A stretch of 20,000 bases of DNA from the IMG/VR virus record IMGVR_UViG_3300031247_000001; one strand, given 5' to 3'. Under the pieces are notes generated by a model. The model saw only the letters and a program-made list of their open reading frames with translations, was not told the DNA's origin and did not search any database. This DNA is from an uncultured virus (IMG/VR IMGVR_UViG_3300031247_000001). Lineage: Duplodnaviria > Heunggongvirae > Uroviricota > Caudoviricetes. A program made the position numbers and the translations under genes. This document shows positions 1 to 9,990 of this stretch, in pieces. Positions within the stretch are counted from its first letter, which is position 1. The number at the start of each line of letters is the position of its first letter.

Positions 1-112
1 TCGGTCTCTCTCGTGGTTGTTTCACGCCGCACCAATTAAAAATGCGGGCGCCACTCTCCGGAGCCGACGCCGCGCCGGAATTCCGCAACTTTCCACCCCT
101 CGCCCCAAAAAC

Positions 113-142
113 TTGAGCCGCACCCGAAAGGCAGGGTAGTCT
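113..142 (+). promoter_or_regulatory. sigma70-like promoter (TTGAGC-N18-TAGTCT) upstream of the collagen-like fibre gene
   Basis: -35 at 113-118 and -10 at 137-142, preceded by AAAAAC. The same geometry recurs at five other intergenic sites in the window. Confidence 0.55.
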
Positions 143-243
143 CGCCCCACTAGGTCGGTTTGGGCTCGGGCTGCTGCCCGCAGGCAAACGGGACGATCGA
201 GCGGCGCGCAGATTTGCGCTTTCCCTCGGAGCGTCCCTTGACC

Positions 244-3200
244 ATGGACACCAGCAGCGTTGCCAGCCGAAATATCGGGGCAGTAGCCACCCTCCTCGGT
301 GCGCCCAATTCCCTCGAAAACGTCGGCACGCAAACCCTCGACGACGGTTGCTGGGCTTACGTGCAGTCCGAGCTCAAGCACTACGAGCTCCACAAAGAAT
401 CGACTGCCCCGTCCAATCCTCCCTTCGTCATCGTGCCGATCTGCGGCGTCGGTCGCTGGGTGCCTGGCGGTGGCGGCGCGCAGGGCGTGCAAGGGGCTCA
501 GGGTCCGCAGGGCGCGCAGGGTTTTCAAGGTGGCGGCTTCCAAGGCGCGCAAGGCGCAGTCGGCACGCAGGGCTCACAAGGTGCGCAGGGCGCACAGGGG
601 CGCCAAGGCTTCCAGGGGAACGGCACGCAAGGCGCGCAGGGATCTCCGGGCGCGCAAGGCCCGAGCGGCGGCGCGCAGGGCGCTCAAGGCGCGAGCGGCG
701 TGCAGGGTTTCCAGGGCGCGCAGGGGTTTCAGGGCGGCGGCTTCCAAGGTGCGCAGGGCCAGACCGGCGCTCAAGGCGCTGGCGGCGGCGCGCAGGGCGC
801 TCAAGGCGCGAGCGGCGTGCAAGGTTTCCAGGGCGCGCAAGGCTTTCAGGGTGGCGGCTTCCAGGGCGCGCAAGGCAATCCCGGCGCGCAAGGAGCGACG
901 GGCACGACCGGCGCGCAGGGCAGCCAAGGGGCGGCGGGCACGACCGGCGCGCAGGGTAACACCGGCGCGCAGGGATCCCAGGGCAATCAAGGCGCGAGCG
1001 GCGTGCAAGGTTTCCAGGGAGCGCAAGGCAACCAAGGGACGCAAGGCGCGGGCTTCCAGGGCGCGCAGGGCTTTCAGGGCGCGCTCGGTGTCACCGGCGC
1101 GCAGGGTTTTCAGGGCTTCCAGGGCGGCGGCTTTCAGGGCGCGCAGGGATCTTCGGGCGCGCAGGGTCCAGGCGGCGGCGCGCAGGGCGCTCAAGGTGCG
1201 CAAGGCACGCAGGGCGCTCAGGGCACGCAGGGCGCGGGCTTCCAGGGCGCTCAAGGCTCGACCGGCACGCAGGGTGGCACCGGCGTGCAGGGTTTCCAGG
1301 GCGCTCAAGGCTTTCAAGGCGGCGGCTTCCAAGGCGCGCAGGGCGGCACGGGCCCGCAGGGTCCCGGCGGCGGCGCGCAAGGCGCGCAGGGCGCAGCCGG
1401 CACGCAAGGCTTTCAAGGCGCGACGGGTGTGCAAGGCTTCCAGGGAGCGCAGGGCTTCCAGGGAGCGCTCGGTGTCACGGGCGCGCAGGGCTTCCAGGGG
1501 TCGCAGGGCTTCCAGGGTGGCGGCTTCCAAGGCGCACAGGGATCGTCCGGCGCGCAAGGTCCCGGCGGCGGCGCGCAGGGCGCTCAGGGCGCATCCGGCA
1601 CGCAAGGCTTCCAGGGAGCGCAAGGTTTTCAGGGCGGCGGGTTTCAGGGCGCGCAAGGTCAGACCGGCGCGCAGGGCGCGGGTGGCGGCGCGCAAGGCGC
1701 GCAGGGCGCTCAGGGTAGCGGCGGCCAGCTCAATCCCGCCAACGTCGCGGCGCTCCAAGCGATCAACGCGACCTCGCTCCCGTCGGGCACGCTCGCCGAC
1801 ACGGGCGTCGTCGGCGATCTCTATCGCCTGAACAAATCCCCGACCGCCGGTGAGACCGCAGGCATCGACGCCACCAACGTCGTTGCCGTGACGACGCCAG
1901 CGGGCAGCGTCTTCGAGCGGCTCGGTCTCGCGAACAAGTCGTTTGCGTTCGTGGGCGCATGGTTTATCGACGGCACGGCTGGCAACGACACGAACGATGG
2001 TCTCACGAGCGGCACGGCGCTCAAAACGCCGAGCGAGCTCGCTCAACGCCTGAGCCCCGGTGGACAGCTCTGCAGGATCCAGCAGTCAGTCACCGTCCAG
2101 ATCGCTAACGTCCCCGCGGGCGAGATCAACCTCAACCTGGACGCGCCGCCAGGATCTGGGTTTGCCTTCACGATCCAGGGTGATTTTACGAGCAGCGCGC
2201 CCATCACGCTCGCCACCGTCGTCGATACGGTCGCCTCCGCATCCCCCGTGCGAGGTCGGCTTACCACCGCGAGCGGGACGTTCGTGGACAAGGCCCGCAT
2301 TCGATCGACCAGTGGCGCGGCGGTTGGAGCGATTACTTATTCCACGGGGCTCAACTCCACGACGGATACGTGGGTTAAGGCCTGGCAACTCGGCCTGGCC
2401 AACGCGCAAACGAACATCGCTCCGGGCACCACTTGTGTCGTGGACACGCTGGTATCCACGCTCACGATTGCCAGGATCAAGCTCGGTCGCAATATCGCTC
2501 TCCGCGTCAACGACTTGAAGCTCCCGAACGGGATCGAGGTTGACAACTTCGACAGCGGTAGCGCCTCCGATTTGATACAGCAGTGCGAGCTCGGATCGGC
2601 CAGCACGACGTGTCGGCTCTTGGGCAATGTGCAGTTCATCAACTGCAACGGGGTCAACGCTCTAAACACTGGCGTCACCAACACGCCGCAGCCGATCTTC
2701 CGAGGCTGCGTGCTCGGCGGTACGTTCTTTTCGGGCGCAGGCGCGGCGGCCGCTTGCCCGAGCATGCAGGGCGGAACCAATTGCTTCAACGGAGGCGCGC
2801 TCTTTCTGGGCGGCAATACGGCGACCGCCATGGCGAGCCATGGACTCGATACTGCCGTCGAGTGGGTCAATGGCGTCGCGGCGGTCGCGATCACGGTGAA
2901 GAAGGGCGCCATCCTCGGGATCCGAGGACAGCAATTCGGGTTTGGAGGGACTTACTCGATCGGCATCCAAATGGAGAGCGGCAGCACTGCCGTAACGGAC
3001 TCAGCGTCGCTCGTTGCCATCCCCGCAACGCAGCAGCTGTCGATGACGGGGCACAATCTCAACTACTCGGACATCCCCGCCAATACGTTTTTCCCACGAG
3101 CCGCGTGCGTGTTCGCGATCAACCCCGATCCGGGCGCGACGAGCGGATCGCAAGGGTTTCAGGGCGCGCAAGGCGTGCAAGGTGCGCAGGGTTTCCAGGG

Positions 3201-5565
3201 CTCAGGCGGCGGAGCTCAGGGCGCACAAGGCGCTCCCGGCGTCGCTGGATCGCAAGGCTTCCAGGGCGCGACGGGCGCAAGCGGCGGCGCGGGCTTCCAG
3301 GGCGCGCAAGGCGCCTCCGGGCCGCAGGGCTTCCAGGGCGGCCTCGGTCAGGGCGGCGCGCAGGGATCGCAGGGTCGTCAAGGCGCGACCGGCACCGCGG
3401 GCGCCGCGGGCACGCAAGGCTTCCAGGGCGCGCAGGGCGGCGGCTTCCAAGGCGCCCAGGGCGCGCAGGGTCAGACGGGTCCGGGCGGCGGCTCGCAAGG
3501 CGCGCAGGGCGCGACGGGCGTGCAGGGCTTCCAGGGCGCGCAGGGCTTCCAGGGTGGCGGCTTCCAGGGCGCCACCGGATCGCAGGGCGCGACCGGCACG
3601 CAAGGCTTCCAGGGCGCGCAGGGTTTCCAAGGTGGCGGGTTTCAAGGCGCGCAGGGTGCAACCGGCGTGCAGGGCTTCCAAGGCGCGCAGGGTTTTCAAG
3701 GCGGCGGCTTCCAAGGGGCCACCGGATCGCAGGGCGCGACCGGCACGCAGGGCGGCCAGGGCGCGCAAGGCGCGACCGGCGCTGGCACGCAGGGCGCGCA
3801 AGGCGCGACCGGTACGCAAGGCTTTCAAGGCGCGCAGGGCTTTCAAGGCGGCGGCTTCCAAGGCGCCACCGGATCGCAAGGCGCGACGGGCACGCAGGGA
3901 TCGCAAGGCGCGCCCGGATCGGGATCGCAAGGCGCGCAGGGCGCAGCGGGCACGCAGGGCTTCCAGGGCGCGCAAGGTCGACAGGGGAGCACCGGCACGG
4001 CAGGCACCGCTGGCGCTCAAGGCGCGCAGGGTAACACGGGCGCGACCGGCACGACGGGCGCGCAGGGCGCCTCTGGCCCGGCGGGCGTGCAAGGCTTTCA
4101 AGGTGGCGTCGGCCCCGGCGGCGCGCAGGGATCGCAGGGTCGCCAAGGCGCAACCGGCGTGCAAGGCGCGGTCGGCCCGCAGGGATTCCAAGGCGCGACG
4201 GGCGCCGGCACGCAGGGCGCGCAGGGTCGCCAAGGCTTCCAGGGCGCCGCGGGCGTGCAGGGCGCCCAGGGCTCGTCGGTGGCGCCGCTCACGCAGGTCT
4301 TCTACGTCGACTCCAAGAATACGGGCGCCGCGAACGGCTCCATCCAGGCGCCCTTCGCGTCGATGACGGCGGCGCTCGCTGTGGTGCCTCTCAATGTGCC
4401 GACGACGTTCTTGGTGACGCCGCACACGTACGCCGAGACGATCACGATTACTAACGCGCAGGCGGACATCACCATCGTTGGGCTCGGGCCGCCGACGGAT
4501 CAGTCGGTGATCTTCACCGGCGCGTGCCATGCGTCGTTCTTGTCGTCGGACTCGACGCTCACGCTCCAAAACATCCTGGTTGAGGGCGCGCTCACCGAGA
4601 CTTCTGCTTCCGATCTCGGCACGACCTTCGCGCTCGTCGACACGCACATCGGCGGCAACGTCACCGGCACCGGCTCGAACGTCGGCAGCACCAAGCTTCG
4701 GATGGGCTCGGCCCTCCCGTACGAAAGCGGCAGCGGCACCGGCGTAGTGATCGACGGCGACCTCACGACCTTCGAGCAGGTGCTCGCAGAGAACGCCAGC
4801 ATCGCGAATTTCGCCGGCCCAACCGCCGACAATCAGCAGTTCGCGAACCGCTTTACCAACTGCTACTTCGGCTCCGCAAACCTCGGGGGCCCATCGATCT
4901 GCGAGGGCTGCGTCTTCCCAAGTGGACTGGCCTCAGCGGCGTCCTCGACCACCGCGAGCTACCTCACGGACTGCGTCATCGACGGCGACATGCTGTCATC
5001 GACGGGCCACTCGCTTTATGTAAACGGGGGCCTCATCGGAGCGGGCGCCCCCATCCCGCCCCTCGCGCTCAATTGGCACGGGATCGTCAATTTCCGAAAC
5101 ACCCTCTTCGGTCCGTTTTCTAGCGGTCACGTCGCAATCACGGCGCCGCTCACGACCCTCCAGCTCGACAGCGCGAGTGAGCGAAGTCTCTTTTCGACGA
5201 CCGGAGGCAAGGCGACGCTCTCGGCGGATTCGGTCGGGATCTACGCGCTCGATCAGGGAGAGTCGGATGCGGTGCAACTCGCGGACTCGTCCTCGGGATA
5301 CGGCGTCGCTGGGATCGGTCGGCTGTTTCTGCCGTCGACCAAGCTCACGGCCGACCGCACGATTCAGTTGGCGGCGGGCGGCGGGTCTGGGCTCGATATG
5401 CTGCCGCTCGATGTCTACGGCACCAACGGTCACACGCTGACGGTGCAGTTCAATTCGGTGACCATCAAAACGATCGTTAGCTCGCACGTGCCCGCTCGGT
5501 ACTTCTTCCAAGTATCAGAAGACAACACGGTCGTGGTTTACATCGGAGTGGAGAGCTTCCAATGA
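244..5565 (+). CDS. Collagen-like (Gly-X-Gln) fibre/spike protein with two putative pectin-lyase-like beta-helix domains, ~1773 aa
   Basis: Long ORF; ATG at 244 (GGAG upstream) preferred over TTG 160. GXQ repeat blocks at ~466-1725 and ~3133-4275. Globular regions begin with [23 protein letters not shown] and [26 protein letters not shown], the motif that typically precedes parallel beta-helix domains, and are followed by N/C/G-rich beta-strand sequence. Confidence 0.85.
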   Translation: MDTSSVASRNIGAVATLLGAPNSLENVGTQTLDDGCWAYVQSELKHYELHKESTAPSNPPFVIVPICGVGRWVPGGGGAQGVQGAQGPQGAQGFQGGGFQGAQGAVGTQGSQGAQGAQGRQGFQGNGTQGAQGSPGAQGPSGGAQGAQGASGVQGFQGAQGFQGGGFQGAQGQTGAQGAGGGAQGAQGASGVQGFQGAQGFQGGGFQGAQGNPGAQGATGTTGAQGSQGAAGTTGAQGNTGAQGSQGNQGASGVQGFQGAQGNQGTQGAGFQGAQGFQGALGVTGAQGFQGFQGGGFQGAQGSSGAQGPGGGAQGAQGAQGTQGAQGTQGAGFQGAQGSTGTQGGTGVQGFQGAQGFQGGGFQGAQGGTGPQGPGGGAQGAQGAAGTQGFQGATGVQGFQGAQGFQGALGVTGAQGFQGSQGFQGGGFQGAQGSSGAQGPGGGAQGAQGASGTQGFQGAQGFQGGGFQGAQGQTGAQGAGGGAQGAQGAQGSGGQLNPANVAALQAINATSLPSGTLADTGVVGDLYRLNKSPTAGETAGIDATNVVAVTTPAGSVFERLGLANKSFAFVGAWFIDGTAGNDTNDGLTSGTALKTPSELAQRLSPGGQLCRIQQSVTVQIANVPAGEINLNLDAPPGSGFAFTIQGDFTSSAPITLATVVDTVASASPVRGRLTTASGTFVDKARIRSTSGAAVGAITYSTGLNSTTDTWVKAWQLGLANAQTNIAPGTTCVVDTLVSTLTIARIKLGRNIALRVNDLKLPNGIEVDNFDSGSASDLIQQCELGSASTTCRLLGNVQFINCNGVNALNTGVTNTPQPIFRGCVLGGTFFSGAGAAAACPSMQGGTNCFNGGALFLGGNTATAMASHGLDTAVEWVNGVAAVAITVKKGAILGIRGQQFGFGGTYSIGIQMESGSTAVTDSASLVAIPATQQLSMTGHNLNYSDIPANTFFPRAACVFAINPDPGATSGSQGFQGAQGVQGAQGFQGSGGGAQGAQGAPGVAGSQGFQGATGASGGAGFQGAQGASGPQGFQGGLGQGGAQGSQGRQGATGTAGAAGTQGFQGAQGGGFQGAQGAQGQTGPGGGSQGAQGATGVQGFQGAQGFQGGGFQGATGSQGATGTQGFQGAQGFQGGGFQGAQGATGVQGFQGAQGFQGGGFQGATGSQGATGTQGGQGAQGATGAGTQGAQGATGTQGFQGAQGFQGGGFQGATGSQGATGTQGSQGAPGSGSQGAQGAAGTQGFQGAQGRQGSTGTAGTAGAQGAQGNTGATGTTGAQGASGPAGVQGFQGGVGPGGAQGSQGRQGATGVQGAVGPQGFQGATGAGTQGAQGRQGFQGAAGVQGAQGSSVAPLTQVFYVDSKNTGAANGSIQAPFASMTAALAVVPLNVPTTFLVTPHTYAETITITNAQADITIVGLGPPTDQSVIFTGACHASFLSSDSTLTLQNILVEGALTETSASDLGTTFALVDTHIGGNVTGTGSNVGSTKLRMGSALPYESGSGTGVVIDGDLTTFEQVLAENASIANFAGPTADNQQFANRFTNCYFGSANLGGPSICEGCVFPSGLASAASSTTASYLTDCVIDGDMLSSTGHSLYVNGGLIGAGAPIPPLALNWHGIVNFRNTLFGPFSSGHVAITAPLTTLQLDSASERSLFSTTGGKATLSADSVGIYALDQGESDAVQLADSSSGYGVAGIGRLFLPSTKLTADRTIQLAAGGGSGLDMLPLDVYGTNGHTLTVQFNSVTIKTIVSSHVPARYFFQVSEDNTVVVYIGVESFQ
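466..1725 (+). repeat. Collagen-type 9-bp codon repeat block 1 (Gly-X-Gln), including a 117-bp (39-aa) higher-order unit
   Basis: GAQ/GFQ/GTQ/GVQ triplets. The unit starting [31 protein letters not shown] occurs at ~667 and ~784, with variants later. Confidence 0.9.
3133..4275 (+). repeat. Collagen-type repeat block 2
   Basis: Same GXQ triplets, with recurring [23 protein letters not shown] units. Confidence 0.9.
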
Positions 5566-5954
5566 GTGACTTTCGAGCTGGGCCCTGGACGCTACCGATC
5601 CCCCGGTTTCTCAATCTGCACACGACCGGGCTCTCGGCGCCCGTCTCGATCAACGCCCCCGTCGTCACGCCGGTCGGGCTCTACCGGGTGTCGATGAGCA
5701 TCGCGATCACGACCGCGGGCTCCGCCGGGCAGCTCATCATGTCGGTGGTGAGTAACGGCGAGGGCGGATCTTCCCAGATACAGTCGCTCGCGGCGGTCAG
5801 CGTCAATACGCTCGGCGATCTCGCCCAGGATGCGTTCGTGGTCGATGTCGCCTCTGCCAACGTATCCTACAAGGTGGACGGCGTAGGGCTCACCGCGGGC
5901 TCGCTCAAGTACGCCATCCGGCTCGTCATCGAGCAGATCTCGGCGCTCCCCTGA
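5562..5954 (+). CDS. Small beta-rich protein, probable virion or fibre-associated protein (130 aa)
   Basis: ATGA overlap with the fibre gene stop. Alternating hydrophobic pattern ([22 protein letters not shown]) suggests a beta-sandwich. Confidence 0.7.
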   Translation: MSDFRAGPWTLPIPRFLNLHTTGLSAPVSINAPVVTPVGLYRVSMSIAITTAGSAGQLIMSVVSNGEGGSSQIQSLAAVSVNTLGDLAQDAFVVDVASANVSYKVDGVGLTAGSLKYAIRLVIEQISALP

Positions 5955-5986
5955 AACGTGTGACATCGGGACTGCCCGGCAAAAAC

Positions 5987-6016
5987 TTGCGCGCACACCG
6001 AGTCCTCCGATAGCCT
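5987..6016 (+). promoter_or_regulatory. sigma70-like promoter (TTGCGC-N18-TAGCCT)
   Basis: Intergenic and preceded by AAAAAC, as at 113. The -10 is flanked by an inverted repeat CTCCGA...TCGGAG. Confidence 0.55.
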
Positions 6017-6054
6017 CGGAGAGTCATGCATTCATTCACCCGTAGGGATTGCCG

Positions 6055-6408
6055 ATGGCCATGAGCAACGAGCAGATGCTTGACCAGATTGCGGGCCTCA
6101 TCGCGGAGTCTCGGGTCGAGTTCCGGCAAGCCATCTCAGACCTCGAGCTCGAAATCAGAACCGGCTTTTCTGGGGTCAGGAAAAATCAGATCGTCCAGGA
6201 AGCCAAGCTCGATAGCCTCGAGTGGGAGTTCGATGAGTTGAAGAAGGTGCTGAAAGCTCAGGATCAGGCGCTCGATGGTCTGACGCAGCTCGGCAAGACC
6301 AACTTCGACATGAATGAGTCGATCCTGAAGGCGATCCACGGTGAGTCGGGATCGGTCACAATTAGACATGGCGCAACTGAAGAGAGCAGCGGGGCTAACC
6401 CCCAGTAG
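6055..6408 (+). CDS. Coiled-coil hypothetical protein (~117 aa)
   Basis: AGGGA RBS before ATG 6055 (alternative 6061). Heptad-like LDSLEWEFDELKKVLKAQDQALDGL. Confidence 0.7.
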   Translation: MAMSNEQMLDQIAGLIAESRVEFRQAISDLELEIRTGFSGVRKNQIVQEAKLDSLEWEFDELKKVLKAQDQALDGLTQLGKTNFDMNESILKAIHGESGSVTIRHGATEESSGANPQ

Positions 6409-6763
6409 CCCTACGGTGCTCTTGGTAGATGACGATGATCGGTACCTCGATTCACTCGCCAGGTTCTTGGAGGGAGACTCCGCGCGTCTCCTTCGTGCGC
6501 GGTCAGGGCTCCACGCACTCGAGCAACTGAAAACCGAAACCGTGTCGCTCGTGGTGAGCGACTATTGGATGCCCGGGATGGACGGCGTGCAGCTACTCGA
6601 CGAGGTCATGCGTCTCTACCCGAGAGTTGGCCGAGTGCTGCTCACGGGCAGGCCCGACGCAGACATCGTGCTCGACTCGACGCGCCATCGGTTGCTCGTC
6701 AAGGGCATGGAGCCCGATTTGATTCGGCGGGTGATCCTGCGGGAGGCTCGTCGCCATGGCTAA
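6368..6763 (+). CDS. Stand-alone CheY-like response regulator receiver domain (~131 aa)
   Basis: VLLVDDD acidic pocket, LVVSDYWMPGMDG (phospho-Asp), LLTG (conserved Thr) and LVKG (conserved Lys); no output domain. Start uncertain (ATG 6368 vs 6341). Confidence 0.9.
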   Translation: MAQLKRAAGLTPSSPTVLLVDDDDRYLDSLARFLEGDSARLLRARSGLHALEQLKTETVSLVVSDYWMPGMDGVQLLDEVMRLYPRVGRVLLTGRPDADIVLDSTRHRLLVKGMEPDLIRRVILREARRHG

Positions 6764-7514
6764 CGACGATCGCTCGCGACCGACGCGGCCTCCGCTTCAG
6801 CGCGAAGAGGACTCGCCCCCGGGTCAGTATCGCGAGCCCGGGCGACCGATCCCTGAGGCGATCGGGAAAATCGCGCTTCGTGCGCCCCGGGTGACGGTGC
6901 CAAGTCAGCACGAAGAAGTGCTCCGCGCATTGGCCTCTACCGAAGGTCGGATGCTCGCCGAGATGAGCGATCTGCGTGACGAAGAACAAGCCCGTCAGAT
7001 CGCTCGCCAGCAGGCCTTCGAGGATGAGATCCGGAGCTCGCTTCGGGAGCTCGTCGTGCGCGAGGTGCGGTCGATCCCGCCGCCACCCGCGGAGCCAAAG
7101 AAGCGCTTTGAATGGGCGCACCTGCAGTACGTGGCGGCCTTCGTCGTGGCCCTGACCGGGCTCATCGCGCTCATCCTGGGCGCGCAAAAGCCGAGCGCCG
7201 AGGTCACCAAGCGCTTCGATGAGATCGACAAGAAGCTCGATCTCAGTAGCTCAAAGCTCGAGGCGCACATCGAAGCGGAGTCCGCGCAGCGATCGGCAGA
7301 CCGCGAGCAGGACTACAAATACAACTTGGACGTGCGGAGCTGGGTCACGGACGTGCTCGAGCGTGCGGCGAGCGTGAAGATCGACGATCCGCCGGGCACG
7401 CCGAAGCGCGACCAGCTCGGCTTCTACCCAGCGCCGCGCATTGACTCGCACAAGATCACCGACACCCACATCGTGCAACCGCGCGATCCCTATCCCGTGC
7501 CTCCGCCACCCTGA
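6756..7514 (+). CDS. Single-pass membrane protein with flanking coiled coils (252 aa)
   Basis: Hydrophobic segment YVAAFVVALTGLIALILGAQ, helical charged regions on both sides, Pro-rich termini; overlaps the upstream stop. Confidence 0.75.
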   Translation: MANDDRSRPTRPPLQREEDSPPGQYREPGRPIPEAIGKIALRAPRVTVPSQHEEVLRALASTEGRMLAEMSDLRDEEQARQIARQQAFEDEIRSSLRELVVREVRSIPPPPAEPKKRFEWAHLQYVAAFVVALTGLIALILGAQKPSAEVTKRFDEIDKKLDLSSSKLEAHIEAESAQRSADREQDYKYNLDVRSWVTDVLERAASVKIDDPPGTPKRDQLGFYPAPRIDSHKITDTHIVQPRDPYPVPPPP

Positions 7515-7524
7515 GAGAAAGCCC

Positions 7525-7992
7525 ATGCAAGAGCTCACCGATCTTTACCAAAGCCTCGTGACCCGGAACTGGTTTGCCGTTGCGGCCTTTACGATCATGC
7601 TCGGCATCCAGATCGGAAAGACCACCGTGGGGTCCGAGCTCTACGCCAAGATCCCGAACGGCTACCGCTTCCTCGTGCCGGTGCTGCTCGCGTCGGGGAC
7701 GGCGTTCGTGCATGGTTTCGCGGCGCACGAGAGCCTCGGGGCCTCGGTGTTCGATGCGATGAAGATCGCGCTCGGGGCCATGGGGGGAGCTGCGGCCCTG
7801 AAGGAGTCGCCGCTGCCGTGGGGAGGCGGCCCAGGGGGAACGCCCGCGCCGAAGAAGGGCCAGGCGACGGCGCCCGCCCGGCGCGCGTCGCCGCCCTTCC
7901 CTGGGCTTCGTGATGCAGATCTCGACGACGATGACAAGACGCCGGTCGACAGAAAGCCGCCTCCGCCGAGCGATCCCCCGTCCGCCGCCTGA
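7525..7992 (+). CDS. Putative holin-like multi-pass membrane protein (~155 aa)
   Basis: ATG 7525 after GAGAG. Two to three hydrophobic segments (WFAVAAFTIMLGIQI; FLVPVLLASGTAFV; AMKIALGAMGGAAAL) and a charged Pro-rich C-tail. The holin role is inferred. Confidence 0.55.
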   Translation: MQELTDLYQSLVTRNWFAVAAFTIMLGIQIGKTTVGSELYAKIPNGYRFLVPVLLASGTAFVHGFAAHESLGASVFDAMKIALGAMGGAAALKESPLPWGGGPGGTPAPKKGQATAPARRASPPFPGLRDADLDDDDKTPVDRKPPPPSDPPSAA

Positions 7993-7995
7993 GGC

Positions 7996-8025
7996 TTGCC
8001 TTTCACGTAGGGCAAGTGGTACTTT
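7996..8025 (+). promoter_or_regulatory. sigma70-like promoter (TTGCCT-N18-TACTTT), 11 nt before ATG 8037
   Basis: Intergenic; overlaps the inverted repeat CTTGCC...GGCAAG. Confidence 0.5.
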
Positions 8026-8036
8026 TCTCCCCAGCC

Positions 8037-8474
8037 ATGAGCCAATACGACGAGGACCTCCCCGACCAGAACTTTGGCGCGCTTGGGGGGCTCGGGACCG
8101 AGGCCTTCGAGAAGATCACCAATTCCGTTGCCCCCGACGGGCTCCATACTCGGTGCTACTGCGAATTTTGCGGCACCAAGAACGAAATCATCTCGAGCTG
8201 GCCCGAGGTCATCGTCGGCTCCCTCTCGCTCGTGCCGCCCGACTGGTACGTGGACCGAGGCAATGGCGCGCTCTATCCGCGCGTCGGCTGCGCCAACAAC
8301 GGCTGTCGTCGCGAGATCGGCATTCGCTACGCCCCGCAGGAGCTCGCCCGCTACGTCGCCTCGGGGCTCGGGAGCAACGTCGTCTACCTTGCGCCCAATC
8401 AGCCGCCCGCTACTCCGCAGCAGGTGGAAGGGTTTAAGCAGCAGATGCTCCAGGCGGCTGGCGGTCGGCGATAG
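8037..8474 (+). CDS. Hypothetical Cys-containing, putative Zn-binding protein (~145 aa)
   Basis: CYCEFC and GCANNGC Cys clusters; coding-like GC3 bias. Confidence 0.7.
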   Translation: MSQYDEDLPDQNFGALGGLGTEAFEKITNSVAPDGLHTRCYCEFCGTKNEIISSWPEVIVGSLSLVPPDWYVDRGNGALYPRVGCANNGCRREIGIRYAPQELARYVASGLGSNVVYLAPNQPPATPQQVEGFKQQMLQAAGGRR

Positions 8475-8480
8475 GGATTG

Positions 8481-9065
8481 ATGACGAAGCGAGCGACGGC
8501 TCGGTCGGTGCCGCCGCCGGCCCCCCCAGAGCGAGGGCAGTGCCTCCCGCGCGTGGAGGAAGAGCCCCTCAGCGCTGAAGAGGCGTACGTCGTCCTCGAG
8601 CCTTACTTCGAAGTGGTCCGCGAGGAGTACCTCGCTCAGGGCTTCAAGAAGTGTAAACGCACGCGTCTCTTCATCGCGCCCGCGATGCACGACTCGCCGC
8701 GCCACTTTGGCGCCTGCAAAGACGATGGGTCTGCGATCTTGCTCGCCCCCGAGCTCGCGGACGTGGCCGACACCGTGATGCTCGCGATCATGGCGCACGA
8801 GTTTGGGCACGCGACCGATTTCCTCTACCCGGGCGAGTTTGTGCTCGGGCGGAGTGGCCCGGCGCTGCGGCGGCAGCGCGCGGAGGTCGAGGAAAAGCAG
8901 TGGAGCAAATGGCTGAAAGCCTGGCACCGCCGCGACGAAGACGTGGTGGAGATCACGGCGGACGCCATCGCTGAGCGCGTGATGGGGGTGCCCTACGGCT
9001 ACCAGGGACCCTGCTGGATCCAAAGCTTTGACGCCGCAGAAGCGCGGCCCATGGGACTCCGATGA
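8481..9065 (+). CDS. Zincin-like metallopeptidase (HExxH), ~194 aa
   Basis: IMAHEFGHATD motif plus downstream EITADAIA (ExxAD third-ligand helix), as in M48/ImmA-IrrE-type zincins. Confidence 0.7.
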   Translation: MTKRATARSVPPPAPPERGQCLPRVEEEPLSAEEAYVVLEPYFEVVREEYLAQGFKKCKRTRLFIAPAMHDSPRHFGACKDDGSAILLAPELADVADTVMLAIMAHEFGHATDFLYPGEFVLGRSGPALRRQRAEVEEKQWSKWLKAWHRRDEDVVEITADAIAERVMGVPYGYQGPCWIQSFDAAEARPMGLR

Positions 9066-9277
9066 CCGACGAATCTCCGCAAACGTTTCCGACCATCGAA
9101 GCAGTCATCGCAGCTCACATCCGCTCGGTGCTCATCGCTACCCGTTGGAACTGCTCCGAATCCGCCCGGATCCTCGGCATCGATCGGCGCACGATCTACA
9201 GGCAGATCGCGCGCTACAAGATCGAGCGACCCCCGGAAGAGAAAAGCCCCGCGCCGAGCTCGGCCTGCGGGGAGTAG
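9062..9277 (+). CDS. Stand-alone Fis-type (HTH_8) DNA-binding protein (71 aa)
   Basis: TIEAVIAAHIRSVLIATRWNCSESARILGIDRRTIYRQIARY matches the C-terminal HTH of NtrC/Fis proteins. ATGA overlap with the upstream gene. Confidence 0.85.
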   Translation: MTDESPQTFPTIEAVIAAHIRSVLIATRWNCSESARILGIDRRTIYRQIARYKIERPPEEKSPAPSSACGE

Positions 9278-9288
9278 ACTTCTCTCGC

Positions 9289-9990
9289 ATGCCAGTGGCA
9301 GCGCCTGAACAGCGCGGAAGTAACCCGCGTCCCGGTGACGATCCCAACGAGGTCGTCAAGCAGTGGACGCCGCTCGTGAAGATGCTGGCGCGCTCGTACA
9401 GTAAGCACCTCGGTCGCTGGTACGAGTTTGATGATCTCGTCGCGATTGGTCAGGAGGCGCTCTGGGGGTGCATTTCGTATTGGAGAGAAGACGGCGGCGC
9501 CATCTTCAAGACCTTTGCGTACCATGCGATCGTGCATCGGTTTGAGGCGATCAAAAAGTACTGGAGGAGCAACAAGCGTCGGGGGTCGATCTACTCTGAC
9601 AGCATCGAAGACCCCGGCGAAGGTCGCCCGCGGACCGAGCTCAGCATCGAGGCCGATGACCAGGCGCTCGATCACCAGCGCGCTCTCTCGGGCCTCCGGC
9701 AAGCATTTGGTGGGCTACAGCCCCGCGAGGGTTACGTGCTAGAGGAGCGCTTCCTCGGCGATCGGTCTCTAAAAGAAGTCGGGCAGGCGCTCGGGGTTTC
9801 CCGGGAGCGGGCGCGTCAACTCGAGCGGCGCGGGCTCCAGAAATTGCGGAGATCGCTCATGGAGATCATCCCGGAGCTCCGGGATGCGCCTCCGGTCTCG
9901 AGCGGAGCCAGGGCCCGCTCGAGGACGGACGCCGAGGTGGGGCGCTGCAATCAGCAGCGCGCCCGACGAAAAGTTGCCCTCGGGCCCTGA
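9289..9990 (+). CDS. RNA polymerase sigma-70 family factor (FliA/SigB-like; regions 2 and 4), ~233 aa
   Basis: Region 2: PLVKMLARSY...FDDLVAIGQEALW...FKTFAYHAI. Region 4: LQPREGYVLEERF...SLKEVGQALGVSRERARQLERRGLQKLR. Confidence 0.9.
   Translation: MPVAAPEQRGSNPRPGDDPNEVVKQWTPLVKMLARSYSKHLGRWYEFDDLVAIGQEALWGCISYWREDGGAIFKTFAYHAIVHRFEAIKKYWRSNKRRGSIYSDSIEDPGEGRPRTELSIEADDQALDHQRALSGLRQAFGGLQPREGYVLEERFLGDRSLKEVGQALGVSRERARQLERRGLQKLRRSLMEIIPELRDAPPVSSGARARSRTDAEVGRCNQQRARRKVALGP

Noticed and set aside
466..4275. Collagen repeats as a CRISPR array or DGR template/variable repeats
   Set aside because: They are in-frame coding triplet repeats with synonymous variation; no unique spacers, no A-specific mismatch pattern seen and no reverse transcriptase.
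299..4647. Long alternative-frame and antisense ORFs over the collagen blocks (299-1831, 574-2046, 2583-4034, 3182-4366, 3202-4647, 22-552 and others)
   Set aside because: R/A-rich shadow frames produced by the GC-rich 9-bp repeat lacking stop codons; no independent coding signal.
7995..8026. CTTGCC...GGCAAG hairpin as an intrinsic terminator
   Set aside because: The T-tract is short and separated from the stem, and the same bases fit the recurring promoter motif better.
7662..9023. 453-aa minus-strand ORF
   Set aside because: Antisense to three well-formed plus-strand genes, with no recognisable motifs.
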